Assembly (NCBI GenBank): GCA_913054135.1
Contig: CAJXJK010000005.1
Span: forward strand, 206,925-270,924
Length of the DNA stretch: 64,000 bases
DNA from: an uncultured Flavobacteriales bacterium
Lineage (GTDB): Bacteria; Bacteroidota; Bacteroidia; Flavobacteriales_D; Crocinitomicaceae
Reading direction: 5' to 3'
A program made the translations under genes and the position numbers. Numbering within the stretch: the stretch's first letter is position 1; every line of letters begins with the position of its first letter. Shown here piece after piece: positions 25,350 through 34,784 of this stretch. The notes under the pieces are model-generated. The model saw nothing but the letters and a program-made list of their open reading frames with translations. It ran no database searches and was not told where the DNA came from.

Positions 25350-26294
25350 ATGAGTACGAATCAATTTGGAAAGAAAGGGTGGACCCCAGAAAGAATAAAA
25401 GATTTAAGTGGTGAAACATTTGTAATTACTGGTACAACAAGCGGAACAGGTTTTGAGGCTGCGAAAATATTGTTGTCAAAAAAAGCAAAAGTGGTAATGC
25501 TTAATAGAAATCCAAAAAAATCAGAAGACACTATTGCAGCATTGAAACAAGAACTTGGTAATGGAATAGACGTGTCAAATATTCAAATGGATTTGGGAGA
25601 TCAGAGTTCTGTAAAAAAGGCCGCAGAAGAAATTCTTAATTCGGTTCCTAAGATAGATGCCCTCATTTGCAATGCTGCCATTGCCCAAACACCTGAAAGA
25701 AAACTGACCAAAGAAGGTTGGGAACTTCAAATGGGTGTGAATTATTTTGGAAATTTCACACTTCAAGGTTTGCTTTATCCTTTAATTGAAAAATCAAATG
25801 GTCGAATTGTAACTGTTGGTAGTATGGGCTATGATATGGGGATTAAGGCAATTAAATTTGACGATTTAAATTGGGAAAAAGACTATACTGCTAATAACGC
25901 CTATAGCCAAAGTAAGCTTGCACAAATTATGTCAATGTATGAGATTCAAGACCGACAAGAACAAGCCGGAAAATCTGCTGTGAAAACATATGCATGTCAC
26001 CCGGGAGCTTCACGAACTTCTTTAATCAAGACAAATGCGAGTAGATTGATGCGTTTTATATTTTTTCTAATGACGCCATTAACGCAGTCAGCCGAAAAAG
26101 GTGCATATCCACAATTGATGTGTGCAACAGAACCAGAATTAGATCAAAAAGGATTTTATGGTCCTACAGGTAGAAGTAATTGGGTTGGCCCAGTTGGCGC
26201 ACACGAAATCAAACCTCATGCAAAAGATAAGGTCGCTTCAAGTAAATTGTGGGATCTGTCAGAAAAAGAAACAGGAGTAAAATGGAATTTTTGA
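25350..26294 (+). CDS. Short-chain dehydrogenase/reductase (retinol-DH-like)
   Basis: ITGTTSGTGFEAA, LICNAAI, YSQSK (YxxxK), CHPG. Confidence 0.9.
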   Translation: MSTNQFGKKGWTPERIKDLSGETFVITGTTSGTGFEAAKILLSKKAKVVMLNRNPKKSEDTIAALKQELGNGIDVSNIQMDLGDQSSVKKAAEEILNSVPKIDALICNAAIAQTPERKLTKEGWELQMGVNYFGNFTLQGLLYPLIEKSNGRIVTVGSMGYDMGIKAIKFDDLNWEKDYTANNAYSQSKLAQIMSMYEIQDRQEQAGKSAVKTYACHPGASRTSLIKTNASRLMRFIFFLMTPLTQSAEKGAYPQLMCATEPELDQKGFYGPTGRSNWVGPVGAHEIKPHAKDKVASSKLWDLSEKETGVKWNF

Positions 26295-26329
26295 ATCTCT
26301 TCATAATCACTTAAATTTGAATTATAGAA

Positions 26330-27241
26330 ATGAAACACTTTAGCACCTTATCGTCCTATTTTGAATATTTGGAACTTCCGAGTCCTGAGCATCCAATGTT
26401 TAGTGTAATGTCTGCAATGGGAGAAAGTTTTTTGCCTTGCCCAAAGGAGAGTTCGCCTCCAATCACGACTGATTGCTACAACATAAGTTTGAAGAAAATA
26501 CTCAAAGGTGATTTGAATTATGGACGAACCAAGTATGACTTTACAAATGGAGCTTTGATCTTTATCTCTCCAAGACAAGTGTTGCAGTGGGATAGCAGTG
26601 TTTCATTTGAGCAAAAAGGGTTTTCGATTAACCTTCATGAAGATTTCATAAAAGGAACAGAACTCGAGCAACAAATTAAGAATTATGGTTTCTTTTCATA
26701 CTCTGTGAATGAAGCTTTGCATTTGTCACCAAGCGAAGAGAAACAAATTGAGTCAATCGTTGAAAGCATTGAGGCTGAATATCATAATAATCAAGATGCT
26801 TTTAGTAAAGAGATTATTATTGCCCACTTAAGCACTTTACTTAAATACGCAAACCGTTATTATGAGCGTCAATTTTTGAATAGAAAAGAACTGTCAAATG
26901 ATCTTCTTGAGCAGTTTAATATTCAACTTGAAAAGTATTTAGCTGCTGGTTTACTTGAAGAAAATGGTGTTCCGACTATTGAACTTTTGGCTAATAAAAT
27001 GGAGGTGACTCAACGATATTTGAGCGATACCCTTAAAAAAGAAACAGGTAAAACAACAACTGAACATTTGCAGTTGTTTTTGATTGATGAAGCGAAGAAT
27101 TTGCTACTAAGACCTAATTCGTCAATCTCCGAAACGGCTTATCAATTAGGATTTGAATATCCGCAATATTTCTCAAGATTGTTTAAGAAGAAAGTGGGAG
27201 TAAGCCCAAAGCAATTTATTGAAAGTCATTCAATGAATTAA
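26330..27241 (+). CDS. AraC family transcriptional regulator
   Basis: GRTKYDFTNGAL N-domain; C-terminal HTH SISETAYQLGFEYPQYFSRLFKKKVGVSP. Confidence 0.92.
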   Translation: MKHFSTLSSYFEYLELPSPEHPMFSVMSAMGESFLPCPKESSPPITTDCYNISLKKILKGDLNYGRTKYDFTNGALIFISPRQVLQWDSSVSFEQKGFSINLHEDFIKGTELEQQIKNYGFFSYSVNEALHLSPSEEKQIESIVESIEAEYHNNQDAFSKEIIIAHLSTLLKYANRYYERQFLNRKELSNDLLEQFNIQLEKYLAAGLLEENGVPTIELLANKMEVTQRYLSDTLKKETGKTTTEHLQLFLIDEAKNLLLRPNSSISETAYQLGFEYPQYFSRLFKKKVGVSPKQFIESHSMN

Positions 27242-27290
27242 ATTTAAGCGCAGCGAATCGATTGCTAATAAATGTTTCGTGAGTTTGATT

Positions 27291-27992
27291 CTAAGAATTA
27301 TACAGTTTACTAACAGTACTCTTATATGTTTGCCCGATAGGAATTTTATCGGTTCCAATCTGAATTTGATTTCCTTCTATGAGCTTAATCTTTTCAAGCG
27401 CAACGATAAATGATTTATGAACTCTTAAAAAGGTCTCTTTGGGTAAAAGTTCTTCAAAAGCTGAGATTTTTTCATGACTTACAAGCATTTCCTCTTTCAA
27501 GAATAATTTGGTGTAATTTCCATAAGCCTCTATGTAAAGCAAGTCATTTAAGTCAATTTGATGATGCTTTTTATCTCCTTTAACAAAAAATCGAGCCGAA
27601 GTTGAACTATTAGAAACTTCTTTAACTGTTGATTTTGGAGTTTCAGATTCTGATACTTTATTTACTGCCTTTACCAAACGATCGAAACTGAAAGGTTTGA
27701 GAAGATAGTCCACTACGTTTAGCTCAAATCCTTCTAATGCGTACTCTTTATAAGCTGTTGTTATGATTGTTTTCGGAGGGTTTTGCAAGGTTTTTAAAAA
27801 GTCAAGTCCTTTTAATTTGGGCATATTGATGTCTAAAAACATAAAGTCTACCTTGTTTTCATTTAAATACTGCATGGCTTCCATAGCACTATAGCAATCT
27901 TTTTCTAATTGAAGATGTGGCAGCATGCTACAGAATTCTTTAATAATATCATGAGCTAATGGCTCGTCATCAATAATTATGTACTTAAGCAT
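27291..27992 (-). CDS. LytTR family response regulator
   Basis: IIDDEPLA, FLDINMP, IITTAY..YALEGFELNVVDYLLKPF, FLRVHKSFIV. Confidence 0.93.
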   Translation of the reverse strand: MLKYIIIDDEPLAHDIIKEFCSMLPHLQLEKDCYSAMEAMQYLNENKVDFMFLDINMPKLKGLDFLKTLQNPPKTIITTAYKEYALEGFELNVVDYLLKPFSFDRLVKAVNKVSESETPKSTVKEVSNSSTSARFFVKGDKKHHQIDLNDLLYIEAYGNYTKLFLKEEMLVSHEKISAFEELLPKETFLRVHKSFIVALEKIKLIEGNQIQIGTDKIPIGQTYKSTVSKLYNS

Positions 27993-28950
27993 CTTTAAAG
28001 ATTTTTAATTTTGTTTTATAAATGTTGGCTGCTACATCCGCAGTGTACTCGTGTTTACCTTTATACAATAAAGACAGCCTTTTAATAAGATTATTTAACC
28101 CAATACCACTTGATTCATTTTGATTTTCACGATCAAAATTATTCTCAATTTCAAAACAGATGAAATTACCTTCTTCATACAGATGGATAGTTATAAAGGC
28201 GTTTTCGGCAAGTGTTTCTATTCCATGTTTGAAAGCATTTTCTAACAGTATAATATACATTAAAGGAGCAACTTCTAGATTCGTGTCAACTTCATGATTA
28301 AAGGTTATTTCGACCTGTTTTTTATAACGTATCTTATGCAGCTCAATATAGTTTTCTAAGTATGTGATTTCATCCAATAGTTTTACTTTTTCCTTTTCTC
28401 CTTCATAAATGGTGTATCGCATCATGTCAGATAATTTCAAGATCACCTCTGGTGCTTGATCTGATTTTGTGATGGTTAGGGCATACAAATTATTTAAGGT
28501 GTTAAAGAAAAAATGAGGGTTGATTTGAGAACGTAATAAACTTAACTCTGCCTCTCGTTTTCCTGCTTTCAAATTTTGAACCAACTTCCATTGTTCAAAT
28601 ATCCATAAACCTAGTCCAAGAAACATAGGGATGGGAATCAAAAAGGCTATAAGATAAAGATCATCTCTTATTTTTAGATAGGTCTCAAAATCTTCAGAAG
28701 ATAAACGGATGTAAGTGAAGATTAGAATTAGCGGAACGAAGTACAAAACAATCACTTTCCAGTACTTTCTAACGAAAGAAGGCATTAGCAAATGAACGAA
28801 CCCTATCCAAAAGGCCAGTAACAGCAGTATAGTTAGGGGATTGTCTAAGTAATTCATTGAACCTTCCACCACTATTATCACAGCTAGCAGTAGGAGCAAG
28901 GATCCAACTCTCATTGCAATTTTCTTTATCTTCTTTTTAAGGTCACTCAT
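27985..28950 (-). CDS. LytS/YehU-type sensor histidine kinase
   Basis: TM helices; LRSQINPHFFFNTLNNLY; LLENAFKHG; SGIGLNNL. Confidence 0.92.
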   Translation of the reverse strand: MSDLKKKIKKIAMRVGSLLLLLAVIIVVEGSMNYLDNPLTILLLLAFWIGFVHLLMPSFVRKYWKVIVLYFVPLILIFTYIRLSSEDFETYLKIRDDLYLIAFLIPIPMFLGLGLWIFEQWKLVQNLKAGKREAELSLLRSQINPHFFFNTLNNLYALTITKSDQAPEVILKLSDMMRYTIYEGEKEKVKLLDEITYLENYIELHKIRYKKQVEITFNHEVDTNLEVAPLMYIILLENAFKHGIETLAENAFITIHLYEEGNFICFEIENNFDRENQNESSGIGLNNLIKRLSLLYKGKHEYTADVAANIYKTKLKIFKDA

Positions 28951-29046
28951 AGTTCAAAACTACTGTACTAAAGGGATATCAACAACTATTTTGACAGACA
29001 CCAGTCAAATTGATACAAACACCCTTTTTTTTGGGTCGAACCATGG

Positions 29047-29143
29047 TTTGATTCGCTTAAACATAGGTGTAAGGTAATTATTCTTTAGTTCATCATCTAT
29101 TCTTTTTAAGGCCAAATTTCGACAGCATATTTGTCCTGTAATC
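29047..29143 (+). promoter_or_regulatory. Duplicated promoter region, copy A (upstream of OM receptor)
   Basis: Ungapped similarity to 31844-31940, including identical GTTCATCATCTATT, GACA.CATATTTGT and TGTAATC. Confidence 0.7.
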
Positions 29144-29194
29144 AAAGGATGATTAGTCAGTCCTACTAATGACTAAAAAGAAAAATAAAGCATT

Positions 29195-31696
29195 ATGGAA
29201 TATTCAATTTTAATCTTCAAAACTACTGGGCTATTAGCATTTATAGTATGCTGGTATTTGTTCAATAGTAAAAGAAAAAAATCTAAATCTACAGGGAAAA
29301 GAATGCTCTCAACGTTTTTCTCGCTTATTGTAATGTTTGCATCCTTTTCTGCAAGTGCTCAGAGCCAAATTGAAATTTCTGGACAAGTAAAGGATATCGA
29401 AACAAAAGAAAACCTTCTTTATTCAAAAGTTACCGTATTAAATAATCAGGATAGCATCATAAGTGGAGGTATTACAAACGAAAAGGGATTCTTTAAGATT
29501 CCTGTTAATCCAGGGTCATATCAAATAGTTATTAGTTCTCTTGGTTACATTAATGACAGTGTATCCATTGGATTGATTAGACAAGAAAGTTTTTTAGGAG
29601 TCTTTAAATTGCAAGAAGATACACTTACGTTAGCCGAGATTGAGGTTGTTGCAAATTCTAGAACAGAGAGCTTGGATAAAGATGTTCAACTGGTAACAAA
29701 AACGCTTAGGAACGGAACAACTGCAGCTAAGGATGTCCTTAACAAAATAACAGGAGTCTCCTATGATGATTATGCAGGTGTCATAAAAGTTGATGGTGAT
29801 GCGAATATCATGGTTCTCGTAAATGGGGTAGAAAAAAGTCAGGAATACATTCAAAATTTGAATCCTGAAAGACTACTGAAAGTAGAAACTATAAGAGACC
29901 CAGGAGGACGTTACGGACTTGAAGGATACTCTGCTATCCTCAATATCGTTTTAAAATCTAATTACTCCGGAACTGAAGTATATGTAGAGGAAATGCAATT
30001 GGTTGATATCGACACAGATGGAAAAGATCTTGATTTATTAATAGGAGCTGTTGCAGGGACCTATAACTACACAAGAGACAATTTGAATATTTATGGCGGC
30101 CTTCGTTTTGGACGAAAACAATTCGAAATCACAACAGAATCGGAAACAGAGTATGAAGATGGGGTAGTGGTTTTTGAGAATGCAGAATCGAATGATCCAA
30201 ATGCCCTTATCCTTGAATACAATTCACGTTACAACTTAGGAATTGACTACCAGATTAATCCAAAACATATCATAAGTTTTGAAAGCAATATGGAAACTTT
30301 TCCTTTGAACGGAAAACAAAATAGTTTTGATCACATAACTCAGATATACTCAAATGACTCATTGACTGATCAATTTAGGTTTAGTTCTGAAGGGAACAGT
30401 AAGAAATGGGAATCTTATAATTCACTTTTCTACGTTGGAGAGTTTAACAAATCCAACAAGTTGAACATGAACTTCACCTATTCAAATTATAGAGAAAGTT
30501 TTACGAGCAATACTTGGCAAGAAGAAGATTATAATCGTGAGGAAGAAGGGGTAAATAAAAAACAATATACCCGATTCTATGCTGAATTTGATCACGTTTT
30601 ATCACCAAATAAGAACATCCAATTCGGCTATGGAAATTCGTGGAGGGAATTGAACAACACTTATGATATCAGTCAATTGGACATCAGTTCAAAGCAAATG
30701 AATATGATCTCAAATGACTTTCAGTTGACTGATATACGTCACAAGCTTTATTCGAACTTTAGCTGGAAAATGAATAAAAAACTGGGAATGCGAGCAGGAA
30801 TTGCCGTTGAAACTTCTTCTCCAAGCGTTCTTGATCAACAATTTAGTTATCAGGTAATTCAACCACTACTTGACTTGAAATACAACATTTCAAAGAAAGT
30901 CAATATTAAATTCAAATACCGTGTATCAACAGATTATCCAACAATAGCACAAACGAATCCATTTGTAAGCCAGATAAACTCTAGAATTACAGAAACAGGA
31001 AATCCATTTCTGAGACCATCATCAACACATAGGTTCTCTCTTCGTCTTAATGCACTGCGTGGCTTGTTTGCTTTTGAGCCATACTTGCATTATTCAAACA
31101 ATTTGATCGCATCAATTGGTGATTTAGGAGATAACAATGTTTTCAACTATAGATTTGAAAATGTAGACAGGTATCAAAGAACCGGAGGGAAACTAAACTT
31201 TAGAAAGTATGTGAAAAAGTATAATTTTCTAATCAAAAGCAAGTTAGAAGTGTTTCATGCTTCAGTAGAATCGGCGAGTGGAACCAATAGCTTTTTTGAT
31301 TGGAGAGCAGGTGTTGATCTTATGTACATCTCTCCGAAGCATGGCAGTGTTCTTGGATTGAAGTATCAGCATGATATGACCAAACAAATTGATGGATTAG
31401 GTTATAAAAAAGGTGATATTGATTTTTGGATGTTGTTATACAAACAACCTCTCTTCAAGAAAAAAGCAAGTGTAATGGTTGGATGTTTTTTACCTATTGG
31501 ATTAGGAGCAAATTTCAATCAGGGGTCGTACGCCGAGTCAACAGGATTCAGGACGACTACTAACAATGACGTATCATTGGTGAAGAACATGTTTATTCTT
31601 GAGTTCACTTATCGATTTAGTAATGGAGAGAAAGTAAAGAAAAAGCAAAAAGAGGTTGAGCGTGAATCAGAAAATGGAGGAGGAGGTCCATTTTAA
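29195..31696 (+). CDS. Outer-membrane beta-barrel / TonB-dependent-type receptor with CarboxypepD_reg-like domain
   Basis: EISGQVKDIETKENLLYSKV; plug region VLVNG...LNPERLLKVETI.DPGGRYG.EG..AILNIVLK; GNP.LRP; barrel end ILEFTYRF. May instead start at MLSTFF. Confidence 0.82.
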   Translation: MEYSILIFKTTGLLAFIVCWYLFNSKRKKSKSTGKRMLSTFFSLIVMFASFSASAQSQIEISGQVKDIETKENLLYSKVTVLNNQDSIISGGITNEKGFFKIPVNPGSYQIVISSLGYINDSVSIGLIRQESFLGVFKLQEDTLTLAEIEVVANSRTESLDKDVQLVTKTLRNGTTAAKDVLNKITGVSYDDYAGVIKVDGDANIMVLVNGVEKSQEYIQNLNPERLLKVETIRDPGGRYGLEGYSAILNIVLKSNYSGTEVYVEEMQLVDIDTDGKDLDLLIGAVAGTYNYTRDNLNIYGGLRFGRKQFEITTESETEYEDGVVVFENAESNDPNALILEYNSRYNLGIDYQINPKHIISFESNMETFPLNGKQNSFDHITQIYSNDSLTDQFRFSSEGNSKKWESYNSLFYVGEFNKSNKLNMNFTYSNYRESFTSNTWQEEDYNREEEGVNKKQYTRFYAEFDHVLSPNKNIQFGYGNSWRELNNTYDISQLDISSKQMNMISNDFQLTDIRHKLYSNFSWKMNKKLGMRAGIAVETSSPSVLDQQFSYQVIQPLLDLKYNISKKVNIKFKYRVSTDYPTIAQTNPFVSQINSRITETGNPFLRPSSTHRFSLRLNALRGLFAFEPYLHYSNNLIASIGDLGDNNVFNYRFENVDRYQRTGGKLNFRKYVKKYNFLIKSKLEVFHASVESASGTNSFFDWRAGVDLMYISPKHGSVLGLKYQHDMTKQIDGLGYKKGDIDFWMLLYKQPLFKKKASVMVGCFLPIGLGANFNQGSYAESTGFRTTTNNDVSLVKNMFILEFTYRFSNGEKVKKKQKEVERESENGGGGPF

Positions 31697-31745
31697 GAAA
31701 GACCTTCTAGACCTTTCGTTTGCTTTGACAGCTTCTTAAGTTAAT

Positions 31746-31776
31746 AAGGCCTTTCATGTCTGAAAGGCCTTTTTTT
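31746..31776 (+). terminator. Intrinsic terminator
   Basis: AAGGCCTTTCA-tgtc-TGAAAGGCCTT plus T-run. Confidence 0.85.
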
Positions 31777-31843
31777 CTGCAACAATCAGGACGTACATTG
31801 CTCGAAATGTCAAGAACACCTCATTTTTTATGTTCAACTGCGT

Positions 31844-31940
31844 TTTGGTTGCCTTAAGTCTATGTGTGGACCGTTAAGTCTGTTGTTCATCATCTATTTT
31901 TTATAGGCCCAAACATAGACACCATATTTGTATTGTAATC
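31844..31940 (+). promoter_or_regulatory. Duplicated promoter region, copy B (upstream of 32001)
   Basis: See copy A. Also carries TTAAGTCT direct repeats at 31854 and 31874. Confidence 0.7.
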
Positions 31941-32000
31941 GAGCTGTAAATGAATTAACCAATTAACATTCAAGCAGCCTAACCTTTAAAAAAATAAATT

Positions 32001-32315
32001 ATGAAAAAGTTTATTCTAGTAGCAGCATTATTGGTAACGAGTATCAGTTTTGCCGCGGTGAAACCTTCATTAAGAAAAGAGATCGTTGAAAAAGTTAACA
32101 TTGACTTAAGTGATATCGAGTTGGATGAGTTCCATGAAGACTTTGTTGTTGTGAGTTTTCAAATCAAAGATTCTCAAATCTTAATCACAGAAATTCAAGG
32201 ATCTCAGGAGCAATTAATAGAATCAGTTCAAAAAGAACTAACTCAAATGTGCATCCAAAAGGAATACTCTAACACAGACATTTATAATTACAAATTCACA
32301 TTTAAAAAAGTATAA
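32001..32315 (+). CDS. Small exported hypothetical protein
   Basis: Signal peptide MKKFILVAALLVTSISFAA; 104 aa, acidic. Confidence 0.7.
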   Translation: MKKFILVAALLVTSISFAAVKPSLRKEIVEKVNIDLSDIELDEFHEDFVVVSFQIKDSQILITEIQGSQEQLIESVQKELTQMCIQKEYSNTDIYNYKFTFKKV

Positions 32316-32341
32316 TTTTTTTCTAATAAAAAGCTAAAACT

Positions 32342-33307
32342 ATGAAGGCAGCAATAGTAACAAATTACGGAAAACCAGAAGTATTAGAATTAAGAGAGGT
32401 TCAAAAACCATCTCCGAAAGAAAATCAAATCTTATTAAAGATTCACACCTCTTCAGTGACTTCAGGAGATGCTAGAATTAGAAGAGCAGATCCATATGTT
32501 ATCAGATTGATTTTCGGATTTAAGAGACCTAGAAAATCAATTCTGGGTGTAGTGGTTGCAGGAGAGGTGGAGTCAGTTGGAGATAAGGTAAGTAAGTTTA
32601 AAGTTGGAGACAAGGTATTTGGGACAACTGGAATGTCATTCGGAGCGCACGCTCAATACCAATGCATTTCTGAAGAAGGAACCTTGGCTTTGATTCCAGA
32701 GAATATGTCTTACGAAGATGCGGCGGCGATTCCATTTGGAGGTACTGCTGCGCTTCACTTTCTTAGAAAAGGTAATGTTTCAAAAGGGCAAAAAGTATTG
32801 GTTTTTGGAGCATCAGGTGCATTGGGTACGGCAGCTATTCAATTAGCTAAAGAACGTGGGGCCGAAGTAACAGCAGTTTGTAGTGGTAAAAATGCTGAAA
32901 TGGTAGCTGAATTAGGAGCAGATATTGTCATTGATTACACAAAAGAGAATTTTACCGAGAACGGAGAAATGTATGATGTCATTTTTGACACCATTGGAAA
33001 AAGTTCATTCACTAAAGGGATGAAATCTTTAACCAAGAAAGGAACTATGCTTTTGGCAAGTGCAAACATGGGATTAATGATTAGAGGCGGGCTGACTTCT
33101 ATGTTCGGTAAGAAGAAAGTGATTTCAGGAGTGATTAAGGAAACGGCAAACGATATGAAATTCTTCAAAAAACTGATCGAAGCCGGAAAATTAAAAGCAG
33201 TAATTGACAAAGTTTATCCTTTAGAAGAAATAGCTAGAGCACATACACATGTTGATGCAGGTCACAAGAAAGGAAATGTCATTATTAGTATGAATCACGC
33301 TTCATAA
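32342..33307 (+). CDS. NAD(P)-dependent MDR oxidoreductase (zinc-independent, quinone-reductase-like)
   Basis: AGEVE.VG..V..FKVGD.VFG, AAAIPFGG.AA, VLVFGASGALG.AAIQLAK, VIDKVYPLEEI..AH. Confidence 0.88.
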   Translation: MKAAIVTNYGKPEVLELREVQKPSPKENQILLKIHTSSVTSGDARIRRADPYVIRLIFGFKRPRKSILGVVVAGEVESVGDKVSKFKVGDKVFGTTGMSFGAHAQYQCISEEGTLALIPENMSYEDAAAIPFGGTAALHFLRKGNVSKGQKVLVFGASGALGTAAIQLAKERGAEVTAVCSGKNAEMVAELGADIVIDYTKENFTENGEMYDVIFDTIGKSSFTKGMKSLTKKGTMLLASANMGLMIRGGLTSMFGKKKVISGVIKETANDMKFFKKLIEAGKLKAVIDKVYPLEEIARAHTHVDAGHKKGNVIISMNHAS

Positions 33308-33344
33308 GGATCAAATAATAATTATTCATTAATGTATCAAAGCA

Positions 33345-33374
33345 AAAAGCCCCAGTTCTAAGGCTGAGGCTTTT
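33345..33374 (+). terminator. Imperfect hairpin terminator after the MDR gene
   Basis: AAAAGCCCCAG...CTGAGGCTTTT. Confidence 0.5.
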
Positions 33375-33444
33375 CTATTCACGAAAATTGGAAGCTTCCG
33401 TGAGGTATTTTTAATGTTTTTTGCCCTTCTAAAATTAAGAGCTA

Positions 33445-33477
33445 AAAAAACCCTTCAGATTTTCTGAAGGGTTTTTT
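33445..33477 (-). terminator. Bidirectional terminator immediately after tRNA-Leu
   Basis: AAAAAACCCTTCAGA-ttt-TCTGAAGGGTTTTTT. Confidence 0.85.
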
Positions 33478-33478
33478 G

Positions 33479-33562
33479 TACTCGAGGCGGGACTTGAACC
33501 CGCACGACCCAGAGGTCACAAGATTTTAAGTCTTGCGTGTCTACCAATTCCACCACTCGAGC
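33479..33562 (-). tRNA. tRNA-Leu (UAA)
   Basis: GCTCGAG acceptor stem; D-loop TGGTA; anticodon arm CAAGA-CTTAAAA-TCTTG; long variable arm; T-loop TTCAAGT; discriminator A; CCA not encoded. Confidence 0.95.
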
Positions 33563-33659
33563 ATCTCACTTAGCCCGTGAAGACTAAGTGAAAAATCATT
33601 GCTACCGAAGCCCGGTAGCAGTGGTTTGGCATTTTTAGCAGAGATGTTCTCTTGCTTAG

Positions 33660-33732
33660 AGCGGGAGACGGGGCTCAAACCCGCGACCTCCACCTTGGCA
33701 AGGTGGCGCTCTATCAGCTGAGCTACTCTCGC
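33660..33732 (-). tRNA. tRNA-Gly (GCC) with non-canonical elbow
   Basis: GCGAGAG TA GCTC AGCTGATA GAGC G CCACC TTGCCAA GGTGG AGGTC GCGGG TTTGAGC CCCGT CTCCCGC T; U73 discriminator. Confidence 0.92.
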
Positions 33733-33805
33733 TTATATCTTTTCGCTAATGCGCTAATTTCAATCTTTTTCCTAGAATCAACTCTTTGACTCATTTTCGG
33801 GAGGG

Positions 33806-33835
33806 CAAATATAATACTTCTAAATGAATTGCAAA
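33806..33835 (-). promoter_or_regulatory. Promoter of the tRNA-Gly/tRNA-Leu operon
   Basis: Minus-strand TATATTTG (33813-33806) with TTTG (33835-33832) 18 nt upstream. Confidence 0.6.
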
Positions 33836-33902
33836 ATTCTTTTACGCAACTTTATTCATAAAAGTTTAGAATTCTTAAATCTTGAAAGTATTCGGTTAGT
33901 AA

Positions 33903-34784
33903 TCAGTCCTTTTGATATTTCTGATATAAATTGTAAATCATTCCGTCAGAAAGACCAATTTTAGGAACATACACCTCTTTGGTTCCTATTTCATTGAAAA
34001 TGAATTCATAAATCTCACAGGCAGGTACAATTACATCTGCTCTATCTGGCTTTAAATTATATTCAGAAATTCTATCTTCCAAATCAAGTTTTCTCAACTT
34101 TTTGGCCAAGTCTTTCATTTCATCAATCTCAATTGGCTCAGTAGATTTCATTCCAAGTATTTTGTGAATTTTATTGATGTTCCCACCGGTTGCAAACGTC
34201 TTGAATTTGTGTCCCTTTTTCAAATAAGTATTTATCCACTCAGCTAAATCTTCCCAACTTTGGCGTTTTACTTTTCCTTTTATTATTCTAATGGTCCCAA
34301 GTTTGAATGATTTCGAAGCAACTTTTTCACCTTTTTTGAAAATGGATATTTCAGTTGATCCCCCACCCACGTCAATTACCAAAAAAGGATCTTTTTGATC
34401 AAACTCCATTAAAAAGAAGGTAGATAAAATCAGTTTGGCTTCTTCTGAACCTTCAATGATTTCAATGTTTACACCACTTTCTTTTTTAATCTTCTTTTGA
34501 ATTTCTTTTCCGTTTGACGCTTCACGCATTGCTGAGGTAGCACAAGCTCTCAATTCTGTCACTTCAAACACTTCAGATATCAAACGAAATGCTTGCATTG
34601 ATTTGATGAACTCAACACTTTTATGCTCAGAAATTTTACCATTCTCAAAAACTTCCAAACCTAATCTTAACGGAATTCTGGTATAAGAAATCTTCTTGAT
34701 GAAGTGGCGTTTTCCTTCTAATTGAATTTCTCCAATTAGTAATCTTGCTGCATTGGTTCCTATGTCAATCGCTCCAAATCTCAC
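33903..34784 (-). CDS. ppx: Exopolyphosphatase, Ppx/GppA family (short form)
   Basis: AIDIGTNAARLL, ACATSAMREASNG, IDVGGGSTE, PDRADVIVPA, GLSDG; downstream of ppk1. Confidence 0.9.
   Translation of the reverse strand: MRFGAIDIGTNAARLLIGEIQLEGKRHFIKKISYTRIPLRLGLEVFENGKISEHKSVEFIKSMQAFRLISEVFEVTELRACATSAMREASNGKEIQKKIKKESGVNIEIIEGSEEAKLILSTFFLMEFDQKDPFLVIDVGGGSTEISIFKKGEKVASKSFKLGTIRIIKGKVKRQSWEDLAEWINTYLKKGHKFKTFATGGNINKIHKILGMKSTEPIEIDEMKDLAKKLRKLDLEDRISEYNLKPDRADVIVPACEIYEFIFNEIGTKEVYVPKIGLSDGMIYNLYQKYQKD

Noticed and set aside
22974-33478. Accessory-looking block ending at the 3' end of tRNA-Leu, a possible genomic island
   Set aside because: No integrase or transposase, I found no duplicated tRNA 3' end (att site) in the window, and there is no obvious compositional shift by eye.
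33566-33620. Two short hairpins between tRNA-Gly and tRNA-Leu as a possible ncRNA
   Set aside because: Simple stems in a tRNA spacer, consistent with processing or spacer structure; no ncRNA family features.
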